The notes: generated by a model not told the origin, from the letters alone. A DNA stretch of 64,000 bases from an uncultured Verrucomicrobiae bacterium (GCA_963726745.1 CAVSDR010000003.1:896001-960000); one strand, 5' to 3'. Positions 9,639 to 20,929 are shown, numbered from the stretch's first letter. Program-made: numbers and translations.

Positions 9639-12600
9639 TCAGAGCGCGTGGCCAGCCGCGCGTTTGACCACAGTGCTGTCGCCGGTATTGATCGCGCCAT
9701 CCACGGTCACGTCGCTGCGGAAGTTCCCCTGGTCGACCGCCTGCCCGGAGGCGGATTTGCAGCGGAGGGCATCGCCGGAATTAACCGCGCCATCGCCATT
9801 GGTATCGCCGAGGAGGAAGCTGATCGGGAGCGCGTAATCGCCGCGCGCGGTGCCATCGTCCACTCCGAGAAGCGTGAGCGTGAGCGTCTGTGCATCGGCC
9901 ACGTCCGCGAGCTGGACGGAGATATCATTGCCCGCTGCCTGGCTGCTGGCCACGGAGCCGACGCCAGCGGTGATCTGAGCGCCAGCGAACGTGACCGGGC
10001 CGGCAAAGCGCACCACGATCTCATGGACGCCGCCGCGGCACTCGACGCCGGCGTTGCCGTTCACGGGTAAATCGAGATCGAACGCACCGGCGCTGCCGTG
10101 GACCTTCCGCGAAACAGCGCTGACCGGGCCTGCGGGCGGAGCGATGGAAGTCGCTCCCGGGTTCGGCCGATCGAGCGAACGGACGTAGGCGATAAGTGCA
10201 TCGAGATCCTGCTCGGACAAATGCGAGGTCCGGCCGTGGGTCTCGGTGAGGACGGCCACGTGGTTCGCGGCCAATGCCGGATTGATCCTGCCGTCGCGCA
10301 GCAAGGGCGCAAGGTTGTTCGTCCCGAGCCGATCGATTTGCGCGGACCCATCCGGCAGGATGGTCCACGGGCTGTCGAGGCTCACGTAGATTTCGCCTTT
10401 GCCGTCGCCCGCGAGCGCGCCGGAGCTATCCGCTAAGGTGATCGGAACCTGGGTCGGCAAAATAGGCGCGGCTTGATTCCCCAGGCCGGCGCCGGTGGCG
10501 CGTTGATGGTCGGTGCGCACGGTGCGGAAATTAAAACCGCGTTCGCCAGGTCGAAGGAGCGGGGAATCGGGCGCGAGCAAGACCTCGCGCAAAGTGTGGG
10601 CAAAGCCGTGGTGCAAATAACGCGGGACCGCATCCCACTCCGCGCGCAGATGTTTCGTGTTCCGGCTGCTGAAGTTCTGCGGCGTCCCCACATCCTGCGG
10701 CGGAGCGAAGGCGGTGAAAAAATAGTCGTTCGTCGGGCGGTAGAAGGGTCCGTGACCATCGACAGTCGTCTCGCTGACGACACCCGGTTCGTGAATGTTA
10801 AAATCCTGGAAGGTGTCGTCCGTGACACCATTCGTTAGGGTGTTGCCGTTGTGGTGACAATCAGCACAGCCCGCCCCGCCCTGCGCCACCTTGCTGCTAA
10901 AGAGCAGACGGCCACGGGCGATCTGGTCTTTCTCCGCTGTGCTCGGCGCCTGTCCCAAGGGGTTGGGAAAGAGCCGCGTCTCGTTTTGCGACCAGAGAAT
11001 TTGCAGGTAGGCCAGCTCGTAATAGCCCACCTTGCGGGCTTTGCCGGTTAATTCCGGGCGGCCGATGTTGATCGAGTTTTCCTCCGTTTTCTGGAGGACA
11101 TAATCCTCGCGTGCATGGAAGCGATCGACCGCGTTCGCCTGCGGGAAGAGCGGCGTTGGGGCGCGTTCGCCTAACAAGACCTCGCCGTTGCAGGCGGAGG
11201 CATAGGCCATGAAATCGTTGTTTAAACCTTCATACCATTCCGGCCAGTTATCGGAGATATCCTTGTTTTGCGGGCAGACTTTTACCCCGCCGACGGCATT
11301 CGCGGCCACGTTCCACTGGCAGCCATCCTGCCGTCCATCCCAATGGCAAAAGCCGCACGATTTTTGCGCATCGAAGCCACCCACGGTAAGCCCCGGAATT
11401 GGGCCGTCGTCGGCGTAAGCGGAGCTGAAGAACCAGCGCAACCCTACTTCCTCGTCGGTCGCAAAGAGGCCCTCGCCGTTCCCGCCTTTAACCGGATCGG
11501 GCGTCTCCGGCGTGACTCCGACCGCGAGATGTCCCTGGCGCGTGAGGCCACCGTTCGCGTCCACCGCGAGAAAAGACACATCCTCGGTCTGCATATTCGC
11601 CACGTAGAGGGTGCGGCCGTCGGGCGCGACCTCAAGGCCCTGCGGTGTGATGCCGCCGGTAAACTCAAAACCCGCCGGCGTGAGGATTCCCGCAGGGTCG
11701 GCCGCGTTTTCGTTGACGCGAAAAACCTCCACCTTGTCCGAGTGCAGCATGCTGGCAAAAAGCCAGCCATTGCGTAGGGCCAGCTGCTCCGGGCCGCTGC
11801 CGCGGATGATCTTTTGCGCTTCGGAATGATCGTGGAGATCCACGATCTGGCCGGGAGTGACCAGTTGCGAATAATCGCGCCCTTTGTCGACGTAACGGAA
11901 GACAAAGCGGTTGGTCTGCGTGTCGAAAATATTCAGCTCGCTCCCGATGTCATCGAAGGTGGTAGCCTTCGTCGCGTCGGACATCACCGGGGTGTAGCCG
12001 AGGGGTTGGCCATTGTTTTTCAAGGCTACGCCGTTGGCATCGAGCGTCGGCAGGCCATGCCCGGTCTCGCGTTCGTTTAGGCGGGTGTTCGTTTCCTGGC
12101 CAGAGACGATGCCCCACCGGCCGCTGATCTTTACATCGGTCACCAGGCCGCCGACGGGCAGCGTTTGCCGGAGGACATGGGCATCTCCGGCCACGTCGAT
12201 CGCCGCGAGCGTGTGGCCGAGTGTATTCGCCACGTAGAGCGTGCGTCCATCCGCGCTCAGGGCGAGATCGCGCGGGTTAGTCCGCTCCAACTCGGTCGCG
12301 CCCGTCGGGATCTCCGCGATCTGGAGAAAACGCGGACCCGGATCGACCCGGAAAGCGCGCACGCTGTCGCGGTAGCGGTCGGTTACGTAAAGGCGGGTGC
12401 CGCTGGCGTTGAAGAGTGCTTTCTCGGCGTAGGTCCCGGTCGGAAACTCGCCGATGACCTGGTCGCTTCCCGTATCGATGACGGAAGCGAAATTGGCGTA
12501 CTGATTCAGCACGACCGCATACGGCCGCGGATAGATCGCCGGGTTCGCCGGTGAAACGCGCACACTGATCGGCCGCAAACCGCCGGCGATGCCCGCCGGC

Positions 12601-13170
12601 CGAAGATCGATCCAGCGCGAGACGCTGCCGCGCGGCGGTGTCCACCACCGCTACCCGCCAATCAGGATAACCTTCCCGACCGGGAAGCGTGACGTAGAGC
12701 TTGCGGCCATCGGGGGTGAGCGCGAGCGCGCGCGGCTGGCTGCGGAAAGGCTGCTTGCGATGGGGCCAGAGCTGGTTGCCGCTGCTCACCCGTGGATTAT
12801 TTGGATCGATGCGCGTGCCGGGGTCCGGTCGGCCATCGATGTAGCCCGCGCCAAACATGATTTTGGTGAAGCGCTCCAAGCCGCCGCGTTCGCCCGCGCT
12901 CTCCGGGCCGACGATGCGTTTTACCGGATCGCTGTTCGGCCCGGTAATGATCCGGCCCTGCGAATCCGTTTTGACCGCGGTGGAGAAGAGGCGGAGCGCG
13001 AGCGGCGCTTCTGCCGTGGTCGTGAGGACTTGATAGGTGAATGGCGGGGACAACTGGGCGCGGCGCGAATCGCTCCGCAGGAGGCCGCGTGCGTTTGGCA
13101 GGATGAGAGGAGAGAGCACCGCGAAAACGGCGGCGCCGAGGAGCAGGCCGGCGGATGATGGAGCCTTCAT
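9639..13170 (-). CDS. Large secreted YVTN beta-propeller / di-heme cytochrome c (peroxidase-like) protein with C-terminal dockerin-like domain (frameshift near 12627)
   Basis: Signal-like N-terminus at 13170; propeller repeats (PRALALTPDGRKLYV, PRDLALSADGRTLYVAN); CGFCH and CADCH heme motifs; RYLHHGFA; GDTNGDGAVNSGD and DVTVDGAINTGD dockerin loops. Confidence 0.75.
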
Positions 13171-13296
13171 GGCCCCAAAATAAATCCGCGCCCGCGGGCG
13201 ACGAGTCGGCGATGGTAACGCAGCTGTTACCGCGCGAAAAGAGACGGAGCGTTTTACAGCCCGCGCTTCGAGCAAGCGCGAATCAAGCAAGCAGTC

Positions 13297-15675
13297 ATGC
13301 GAGTAAACAAAAACGCTTCCGCGGCGGCTTTAGCCGGCATTTTCACCGTCGTGCTGACGGCGTTTGTCATCACCGTGCTCTACGTCGGCAAGGAGGTGCT
13401 GATCCCGCTGGCGCTCGCTTCGATGCTGACCTTTCTGCTCTCGCCGCTGGTCGCGCGGGTGGAGCGCTGGATCGGGCGCATCGCCGCGGTCCTGCTCGTG
13501 GTCGTGATGCTTTTCGCGATCATCGGCGGCGCCGGTTGGCTGCTCACCCGGCAAGTGGTCGACCTCGCGGCGAAGCTCCCGGATTACCAGTCGAACATCG
13601 AATCGAAGCTGCGCGCCATCCGCATGCCCACCGGTGGCACGCTCGGACGATTCACCCACAGCGTCGATGAAATCCAGAAGCAGCTGCCTAATGCCGAGGA
13701 GCCTTCGCCGACGCCGACGGAGTTTCCGTGGCGCGCCCGGCTGACCGATGCGAAACCGGCAGCCTCGCCCGTGCCGGTGCGCATCGTGGAATCAACCAGC
13801 AAGCTGCCGCAACTCCTGCAGCTTCTCGGCGGCGCCGTTCTCGGTCCGCTCGGCACCGCTGGCCTCGTGCTCTTGCTCGTGGTCTTCATGCTTTTCAAGC
13901 GCGAGGACCTGCGCGGACGACTCGTTAGGCTAATCGGCCAGGGGCGGATCAGCGCGACCACCCGCGCGCTCGACGATGCCGGCAGCCGCGTCGCGCGCTA
14001 TTTGCGGATGCAGCTTCTGATCAACACTGGCTTCGGCATCAGCATCGCCGCCGGCCTTTATTTCATCGGCCTGCCCAACGCGCTCCTCTGGGGCGCCTTC
14101 GCCGCGATCATGCGCTTCATTCCCTACGTGGGCGCGTGGATCGCGGCCGCGGTGCCCTTGATCTTGTCGGTGGCGGTGTTTACCAACTGGCTGCCGCCGC
14201 TGTTGGTCCTCGGGCTTTTCATCGGGCTGGAGTTGATCAATGCGAACGCGCTCGAGCCGTGGCTCTACGGCGCCAGCACCGGCGTTTCCTCGATCGCGCT
14301 CATCGTGGCGGCTGTTTTCTGGACCTGGCTCTGGGGGCCAGTCGGCCTGCTGCTCTCGACGCCGCTGACGGTTTGCCTCGCGGTCATGGGCCGGCACGTG
14401 CCGAAGCTGCAATTCCTGAGTGTGCTCCTGAGCGAGGAACAGGCGCTCGCGCCGCACGAGGAATGTTACTACCGCCTGCTCCGCCTCGGGCTCGAGGAAG
14501 GGAGCGATTTAGCCGACACCTACCTGAAGTCGCATTCGCTGACTGCGCTCTACGACAGCGTGCTCATCCCCACGATCACCCTCGCGGAAAGCGATGCGCA
14601 ACGGCAGCAGCTCGAGAGCGAGCAGAGGGCCGCGATCCAGCAGCACATCCACGACATGGTCGAGGACCTCGGCTCGATGCCGCAGACGCCCTCGCCCTCG
14701 GAAGCCGACAAAACCGTGGCGGCGAATACCGTGCTCCCCTTGACCGCGCCGACCTGCAGCGTGCTCACCGTGCCGGCGCGTGCTTACCGCGACGAATTAG
14801 CCGGCACCATGCTCACGCAATTGCTCCAGCAGCAGGGCTTCCACGCGGAGAACGCCCGTGCGGCCGACGGCCCGAACGAACTCGTGAAGCTCGCGCGCGA
14901 AGGCGATTGGGAAGCGATCTGCATCTCCGTGGTCGCGCCTTCGACCCACATCCATGCGCGCGCCGTCTGCGCGAAACTGCGCGGCGCGCGGATCAACGCC
15001 AAGATTGTCGTCGGCGTCTGGGGCGCGAGCGAAAACATGATCGAAACGGCCGAGCGCCTGCGCGCCGCGGGCGCGGATGAAGTGGTCATGTCGCTTGCAG
15101 AGGCGGTCGTCCAGTTGGCCAAGTTCTCCGTCAGCATTACCGACGAGATGATCCCGGCGCCCATCCCTTCCAACGAAGACGAGCGGCTGCGCGAGCTCGA
15201 GGCGTTGCAAATCCTGGATACCGCGCGCGAGGAAAACTTCGACCGTATCACCGAAAAAGTGGCCCGGCTCTTCGAGGTCCCGATCGTCCTGATCAGCTTC
15301 ATCGATCGCGACAGGCAGTGGTTCAAATCCGAGGTCGGCCTGCCGCCAGATCTCGCGGCCGCGCGCTCGACCACGCGCGCGGAGTCACTCTGCGGCCACG
15401 TGATTGCGACCGAGCAATCGCTCACCGTCGAAGATGTCGCCCGCGACCGGCGCTTCGCGAACAATCCGCTGCTTAATTCCCGTGGGATTCGTTTCTACGC
15501 GGGCGTGCCACTGCGGATCAACGGCCAGTCCGTCGGCTCGCTTTGCGTGATGGATGTGAAGCCGCGTCGCCTGACCGAGCGCGAACAGCGGCTGCTCGAG
15601 ATCACCGCCGAGGATGTAGTCGACGAGATCAAGCGCCGCACCCGCCGCAGCGGCGCGACTCCGGCGGCGATCTAG
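13297..15675 (+). CDS. AI-2E family transporter fused to a B12-binding-like domain and a GAF domain
   Basis: Multiple TMs, RFIPYVGAW, LEPWLYG, FWTWLWGPVG; C-terminal P.NEDERLREL...RFYAGVPL...GSLCVMD GAF. Confidence 0.88.
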   Translation: MRVNKNASAAALAGIFTVVLTAFVITVLYVGKEVLIPLALASMLTFLLSPLVARVERWIGRIAAVLLVVVMLFAIIGGAGWLLTRQVVDLAAKLPDYQSNIESKLRAIRMPTGGTLGRFTHSVDEIQKQLPNAEEPSPTPTEFPWRARLTDAKPAASPVPVRIVESTSKLPQLLQLLGGAVLGPLGTAGLVLLLVVFMLFKREDLRGRLVRLIGQGRISATTRALDDAGSRVARYLRMQLLINTGFGISIAAGLYFIGLPNALLWGAFAAIMRFIPYVGAWIAAAVPLILSVAVFTNWLPPLLVLGLFIGLELINANALEPWLYGASTGVSSIALIVAAVFWTWLWGPVGLLLSTPLTVCLAVMGRHVPKLQFLSVLLSEEQALAPHEECYYRLLRLGLEEGSDLADTYLKSHSLTALYDSVLIPTITLAESDAQRQQLESEQRAAIQQHIHDMVEDLGSMPQTPSPSEADKTVAANTVLPLTAPTCSVLTVPARAYRDELAGTMLTQLLQQQGFHAENARAADGPNELVKLAREGDWEAICISVVAPSTHIHARAVCAKLRGARINAKIVVGVWGASENMIETAERLRAAGADEVVMSLAEAVVQLAKFSVSITDEMIPAPIPSNEDERLRELEALQILDTAREENFDRITEKVARLFEVPIVLISFIDRDRQWFKSEVGLPPDLAAARSTTRAESLCGHVIATEQSLTVEDVARDRRFANNPLLNSRGIRFYAGVPLRINGQSVGSLCVMDVKPRRLTEREQRLLEITAEDVVDEIKRRTRRSGATPAAI

Positions 15676-15707
15676 ACCTGCGCGCGGAAAGCCGCAACAC
15701 TGCGCGC

Positions 15708-16898
15708 ATGCCCTGGTCGCGCCAGCTCGCAGATTTCTTCGGGCTGAAGCGCAACCTCGTTATCCTGCTCCTGGCGACCTTCGCCATCGGCACGGGCGAG
15801 GAACTTTGGATGCGCTTTCTGCCGAAGTATCTCCAGTCGTTAGGCGCGACCGTTTTTGTCATCGGGCTGTTCGATGCCCTGCGCACGCTGTTGGGCGCGG
15901 TCTACGCCTATCCCGGCGGCGTGCTGGTCGATCGCTGGGGACATCGGCGCGCTTTCCTGGCCTTCAATCTCCTGTCGATCGCAGGCTACGCGCTCGTGCT
16001 CGCAGTGCCGCACTGGGGCGCGGTCATCGCGGGGATGTTTCTTTTTCTCTCGTGGACCAGCTTCTCGCTGCCGGCCTCCTTCTCGCTCATCGGCGCCTCG
16101 CTCGCGGCCAGCCGGCACGCGACTGGGATCGCGGTGCAAGCAGTGATCAAACGCCTGCCGATCATGTTCGCGCCGCTGCTCGGCGGACTCCTGATCGATC
16201 ACTACGGGCTGGTCCCCGGCGTCCGGCTCGCGCTGGCCCTTTCCATTGTCCTCTCGTTAGGCACGCTCCTGCTCCAGCGGGAACTGCGCGACCCGCCGGC
16301 GGAAAGAGACAGCCAGATGGAGCCGTGGAATTTCCGCCGGAGCCTGCGCGCCTTTGACGCGCCGCTGCGCCGCCTGCTCCTGAGCGACATCCTGGTGCGC
16401 TTCTGCGAGCGGATCCCGTTCGCCTGGGTGGTGATCTACGCAATGGACACGCTTGGCCTGAGCGCGGCGCAATTCGGCGTGCTCACGACCGTGGAAATGG
16501 TGGTGGCCTCTGTCTGCCTGCTGCCGGCGGCGCATTTTGCCGACAAGTTCGGCCGCGAACCTTTCGTGCTCGCGACCTTTGTCTTCTTCACTCTCTTCCC
16601 GGTGATGCTGCTCTTTGCCGCCGGTTTCCCGATGCTCCTGCTCGCTTTTGCGGTGCGCGGCCTGAAGGAATTTGGCGATGCCGCGCGCAAGGCGCTGATC
16701 ATTGGCTGCTGCGACCCACAACGTCGCGGGCAAATGGTCGGCACCTATTACCTCATCCGCGACCTCCTGGTGAGCAGCGCCGCTTTCCTCGGCGCCGCCC
16801 TCTGGAAACTCGGCCCGCAGGTGAACTTCCTGACCGCTGCCGCGATCGGTGCCCTCGGGACTTTATTTTACCTCGCCACCCTGCGGCGTGCAGCCTAA
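15708..16898 (+). CDS. MFS transporter
   Basis: About 12 hydrophobic segments; GGVLVDRWGHRR and ADKFGRE motif-A repeats. Confidence 0.88.
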   Translation: MPWSRQLADFFGLKRNLVILLLATFAIGTGEELWMRFLPKYLQSLGATVFVIGLFDALRTLLGAVYAYPGGVLVDRWGHRRAFLAFNLLSIAGYALVLAVPHWGAVIAGMFLFLSWTSFSLPASFSLIGASLAASRHATGIAVQAVIKRLPIMFAPLLGGLLIDHYGLVPGVRLALALSIVLSLGTLLLQRELRDPPAERDSQMEPWNFRRSLRAFDAPLRRLLLSDILVRFCERIPFAWVVIYAMDTLGLSAAQFGVLTTVEMVVASVCLLPAAHFADKFGREPFVLATFVFFTLFPVMLLFAAGFPMLLLAFAVRGLKEFGDAARKALIIGCCDPQRRGQMVGTYYLIRDLLVSSAAFLGAALWKLGPQVNFLTAAAIGALGTLFYLATLRRAA

Positions 16899-16902
16899 CG
16901 AC

Positions 16903-16935
16903 AAAAAAGGCGGAACCTTGCGGCTCCGCCTTTTT
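16903..16935. terminator. Bidirectional intrinsic terminator between the MFS gene and pnp
   Basis: AAAAAAGGCGGA...TCCGCCTTTTT between convergent genes. Confidence 0.85.
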
Positions 16936-16954
16936 GAAAAAATAGCCAGCAGGC

Positions 16955-19150
16955 TTAGCGGCTGGGCTGGTAGTCGTCCTGCATCTGCGGCTGTCCGGAT
17001 GGCGCTTGCTCGCCGCCCTCGGGATTCCCGGCGCCTTCGCTCTCGGCGCGCTCTTTGAGCGCGGCTTTGCGGCTCAATTTCACGCGGCCTTTGTCGTCGA
17101 TGCCGATGCATTTGACCCAGATCATCTCGCCCATCTTGGCGACGTCTTCGGTCTTCTTGACCCGGAAATCGGCCAACTCGGAGATGTGCACCAGGCCGTC
17201 CTTACCCGGGAAGACTTCCACAAAGGCGCCGAATTCCTTAATCGAAACAACCTTGCCGTGGTAGACCTGCCCGACTTCGATCTCGCGCGACATCCCGCCG
17301 ATGATCTCCTTGGCGCGAGCCATGGACTCGGGGTTGTTTGCGTAAATGTGCACGGAGCCGTCGTCCTCGATATTGATCTCGGCGCCGGTCTCGGCCACGA
17401 TGCCTTTAATTGTTTTCCCGCCCGGCCCGATGAGCGCGCCGATTTTATCGGGGTTGATCTTGAGGGTCTCGATGCGCGGGGCGTATTTGCTCAGGTCGGA
17501 ACGCGGTTTGTCGATCGCCTGCGCCATGATCTCGAGGATCTTGGTGCGCGCTTCCTTGGTGCGCATGGTCGCCTCGGCCATGATTTTGTGGCTCACGCCC
17601 GGGAGCTTGAGGTCGAGCTGGAAACCGGTGATGCCATCGGCTGTGCCGCAGACTTTGTAATCCATGTCGCCGAAGTGATCCTCGGAACCGAGGATATCGG
17701 TCAGGAGCTCGTAGCGTTTCATCTGGCCGTGGTCGTCGTTCTCGGTCACCAGGCCGCAGGAAATGCCGGCCACGGGAGTCTTGATCGGGACGCCGGCGTC
17801 CATCAACGCGAGCATGCCGCCGCAAACGCTGGCCATCGAACTGGAGCCGTTCGACTCCATGATCTCGCTGGTTATCCGGACGGCGTAACGGAAATTATCC
17901 GTGCCCGGGACGACCGGCTCGAGCGAACGCTCGGCGAGCGCGCCGTGGCCAATCTCGCGACGGCTGGCGCCGCCAGTGCGGCCGGTCTCACCGACGCTGA
18001 ACGGCGGGAAGCTGTAGTGCAGGATAAAGCTCTTGGAATTCTCGCCGCCACCGTAGGCGTCGATCATCTGGGCTTCCTCGATCGGGGCGAGAGTCACGAC
18101 CGCGAGCGCCTGGGTTTCACCGCGCTGGAAAATCGCGGAACCGTGTGAGCGCGGGAGCACGCCCACTTCGCATTCGATCGGGCGAAGGTCCTGGTAACCG
18201 CGGCCGTCCATGCGCTTTTGCTTGTCGAGCACGCTGATGCGGAAGGCTTTCTTCTGCACGTAGTCGAACGCCTGCGAGATGCTGAACTTGTCGGCTTCCG
18301 GGAATTTCTCGAGCACCGCATTCTTCACTTCGTCCGCGAGGGCGTTCACTGCCTTGGAGCGGTCGACCTTCTTCGCATTGTAGAGCGCGGTTTCGATCCG
18401 GTCGCCCGCGACCTGGTAGGCAATCTCGAGGATCTCGGGATTCACCGTCATCAACGGCATCTCGCGTTTCGGCTTGCCGATCTGCGCGGTCAGTTCTTTC
18501 TGCGCGCGGATCATCTCCTTGGCGTGGCCGTGGGCGAACTCGAGCGCCTTGATGAAGTCGGCCTCGGGAATCTCGAGGGCCGAGCCTTCGATCATGATCA
18601 CGTCGTTCTCGGTGCCCACGTAAACCAGGTCGAGGTCGCTCTCAGCGCGCTCGTCATGCGTCGGGTTGGCGATGAACTCGCCGTTGACCCGGCCCACGCG
18701 CACCGCACCCACCGGGCCAGCCCAGGGGATGTCGGAAACGCTCAGGGCGGCGGAGGCGCCGTTGATCGCGAGAATGTCGGGATCGTTCTGGCCATCCGCG
18801 CTCAGGAGCATGGAAATAATCTGCGTGTCGTAAAGATAGCCGGCGGGGAAGAGCGGACGCAGCGGGCGATCCGTCATGCGCGAAGTGAGCGTCTCCTTCT
18901 CGGACGGGCGGCCTTCGCGCTTGAAGTAGCCGCCGGGAAATTTCCCGACTGCCGCCGCTTTCTCGCGGTAATCGACCGTGAGCGGAAACCAATCCTGGCC
19001 TTCTTTGATTTTCGTGGCCGAGACGGCGCTGGTGAGCACCATGGTGTCGCCGCAGGAGACGATGACCGAGCCGTCGGCGAGCTTCGCGATTTTGCCAGTC
19101 TCGATGGAGATCTGATGGGACCCGATCTGGGCCGTGACCTTGTTTTGCAT
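16955..19150 (-). CDS. pnp: Polyribonucleotide nucleotidyltransferase
   Basis: [40 protein letters not shown] and S1 domains. Confidence 0.98.
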   Translation of the reverse strand: MQNKVTAQIGSHQISIETGKIAKLADGSVIVSCGDTMVLTSAVSATKIKEGQDWFPLTVDYREKAAAVGKFPGGYFKREGRPSEKETLTSRMTDRPLRPLFPAGYLYDTQIISMLLSADGQNDPDILAINGASAALSVSDIPWAGPVGAVRVGRVNGEFIANPTHDERAESDLDLVYVGTENDVIMIEGSALEIPEADFIKALEFAHGHAKEMIRAQKELTAQIGKPKREMPLMTVNPEILEIAYQVAGDRIETALYNAKKVDRSKAVNALADEVKNAVLEKFPEADKFSISQAFDYVQKKAFRISVLDKQKRMDGRGYQDLRPIECEVGVLPRSHGSAIFQRGETQALAVVTLAPIEEAQMIDAYGGGENSKSFILHYSFPPFSVGETGRTGGASRREIGHGALAERSLEPVVPGTDNFRYAVRITSEIMESNGSSSMASVCGGMLALMDAGVPIKTPVAGISCGLVTENDDHGQMKRYELLTDILGSEDHFGDMDYKVCGTADGITGFQLDLKLPGVSHKIMAEATMRTKEARTKILEIMAQAIDKPRSDLSKYAPRIETLKINPDKIGALIGPGGKTIKGIVAETGAEINIEDDGSVHIYANNPESMARAKEIIGGMSREIEVGQVYHGKVVSIKEFGAFVEVFPGKDGLVHISELADFRVKKTEDVAKMGEMIWVKCIGIDDKGRVKLSRKAALKERAESEGAGNPEGGEQAPSGQPQMQDDYQPSR

Positions 19151-19176
19151 AACTGCTTTCTGGAATTTTGGCTGAT

Positions 19177-19263
19177 CCCAGGCCGGTCACCCTGATTGTA
19201 GGTTTTAACCTCGAGCCAGCTCGGAGCTAAAACCTCTAATCAGAGATGGAACGACGGCCTGAG
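19177..19263 (-). promoter_or_regulatory. Long irregular hairpin in the pnp 5' leader (RNase III-type autoregulatory element)
   Basis: CAGGCCG/CGGCCTG, CTGATT/AATCAG, AGGTTTTA/TAAAACCT and CGAGC/GCTCG nested pairs between rpsO and pnp. Confidence 0.65.
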
Positions 19264-19347
19264 GGCCGGGTTACTGTTCTCTTGATCGCGATGGCGCCCA
19301 GCAACTCCACCAAAGGGAGGGAGCGCGCCAGGATCGGCCTGCGAGGA

Positions 19348-19611
19348 TTACTTCCGCAGGTTGAGCTTCTCGAGCAGCTTCTTATAGCGCTCGGAGTTCG
19401 ACTTGCTCAGGTAATCAAGCAAGCTCCGGCGCATCGCCACCATCTTGAGAAGGCCGCGGCGCGAGGAGTGATCTTTGGCGTGACTCTTGAGATGATCGGT
19501 CAACTGCGCGATTCGGCGTGTCAGGAGCGCGACTTGTACGTCCGCGCTGCCTGTGTCCTTGTCGTGGAGTTGGAACTCCGTCATATCCATGGTGTCACTG
19601 CTTTCTGCCAT
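19348..19611 (-). CDS. rpsO: 30S ribosomal protein S15
   Basis: [13 protein letters not shown]...[13 protein letters not shown]. Confidence 0.98.
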   Translation of the reverse strand: MAESSDTMDMTEFQLHDKDTGSADVQVALLTRRIAQLTDHLKSHAKDHSSRRGLLKMVAMRRSLLDYLSKSNSERYKKLLEKLNLRK

Positions 19612-19623
19612 AACGAAGGGCCC

Positions 19624-19651
19624 ACCTTAGATGCGAAATGCGCATTAGCAA
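19624..19651 (-). promoter_or_regulatory. Putative sigma70 promoter of rpsO
   Basis: TTGCTA-16 nt-TAAGGT ending 12 nt before the rpsO ATG. Confidence 0.5.
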
Positions 19652-19679
19652 GGGCCGCCCCTGAGATTGATTTCGCTGG

Positions 19680-20903
19680 CTAAAAGTAGCTCAGCCAGGC
19701 ATCCCGCCGCCGTTGCTTTAGTGCCGCGAACCAGCGGCAGAGCGGATAGAGCAGCGCGAGCACCAGCCCCCAGACTGCGTAGACCCCAAGCAAGCCATAG
19801 CCGTAATCTAGCGGGAGACCCTTGGCCTCCGGGAAGACCGTGTCGTGCAGGATCCCCTTCGCGTGTCCGTAGCGCAGGAGGGACAGCAGGACCGCAATCC
19901 CGTGGATCAACGGGAGGTGCAGCAGATAATAGAAGAGCGGCACCCGCCCAAAGACGAGAATTGGTTTTTGCCACGCTTGGTTGAGCTCCCGGTCGGCCAA
20001 CGAAAGAAAAATTAGCGCTGGCCCGAGCGTCATCAGGAGATAGAGCAGCGAAGGCGGATACTTCGTGCAATTCACAAACGAAAAGAGCGTGAAGAGCGCC
20101 GAGGCCTGCGGCGCCCAGGGTTTCGGGTCGCCGTAGAGATTGGTCGCGCGCAGCACCACGAACCCCACGCTCAGCGCCAACCCCAACCAGAGCAGGAGTC
20201 GCCGCCGTTCCGCGCGTTCCCGTCTCAAGAGCGCGCCGAAAGCGAAACCGGTGGCCACCACCCCGATCCACGGGATCAGCGGATAGGCGATGAAAACGTC
20301 ATAGCCCGGCGCCGGATTCACCAGGCCCTGGACGTGCAGCATTTTCCAAAGCCCGCTCCACGCACCCCAGCTTTGCGGCGAGATCGGGTCGAGCAGGTTG
20401 TGCCCGGCGATCATGATCAACCCGAAGGCGGCCACGCCCCAAAGCGGCAGATGAATCAGCGCCGCGAGCACGATCATTGAACAGCCGATGGCCCAGATCA
20501 CCTGGAGGAAGAAATTGTGCGGATCGAAAGCGAAGGTCCAGGCCGAGCCGACGAGCGTGAACTCCAGCACGACCAGCCAAAGGCCGCGCGTGACGAGAAA
20601 CCACGAGAGGTCGCGTTTCGTTTTGCCGCGCCCGAGCGAAAGGAAGGCCCCCGTCCCGGCGAGAAAACAAAAAATCGGCGCGCAGAAATGCGTCACCCAG
20701 CGCGTAAGGAAAACCCAGCCATGCGTCATCGAAAGATCGGTCGGGTCGAAGAGCATCGCCTCGTGGCTGAGGAAATCCCGCGTGTGATCCAGCGCCATCA
20801 GGATCATGACCAGCCCGCGCAGGAGATCGAGCTGGTCCAGCCTTGGGCGGCTGCCGGCGGGCCGCAGCGGAATAGCCGACGAGCTCACGGGCGCGGATTC
20901 CAT
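19680..20903 (-). CDS. DUF1624 / heparan-alpha-glucosaminide N-acetyltransferase-domain membrane protein
   Basis: DLLRGLVMILMALDHTRD, TRWVTHFCAP, KYPPSL, GRVPLFYYLLH. Confidence 0.88.
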   Translation of the reverse strand: MESAPVSSSAIPLRPAGSRPRLDQLDLLRGLVMILMALDHTRDFLSHEAMLFDPTDLSMTHGWVFLTRWVTHFCAPIFCFLAGTGAFLSLGRGKTKRDLSWFLVTRGLWLVVLEFTLVGSAWTFAFDPHNFFLQVIWAIGCSMIVLAALIHLPLWGVAAFGLIMIAGHNLLDPISPQSWGAWSGLWKMLHVQGLVNPAPGYDVFIAYPLIPWIGVVATGFAFGALLRRERAERRRLLLWLGLALSVGFVVLRATNLYGDPKPWAPQASALFTLFSFVNCTKYPPSLLYLLMTLGPALIFLSLADRELNQAWQKPILVFGRVPLFYYLLHLPLIHGIAVLLSLLRYGHAKGILHDTVFPEAKGLPLDYGYGLLGVYAVWGLVLALLYPLCRWFAALKQRRRDAWLSYF

Positions 20904-20929
20904 GCGCGCCGAGCTAAGCAAACCACTCG

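Noticed and set aside
17006..19195. Long antisense ORFs opposite pnp (also opposite rpoA, mmsA and others)
   Set aside because: Expected shadow ORFs in high-GC coding DNA with no recognisable motifs
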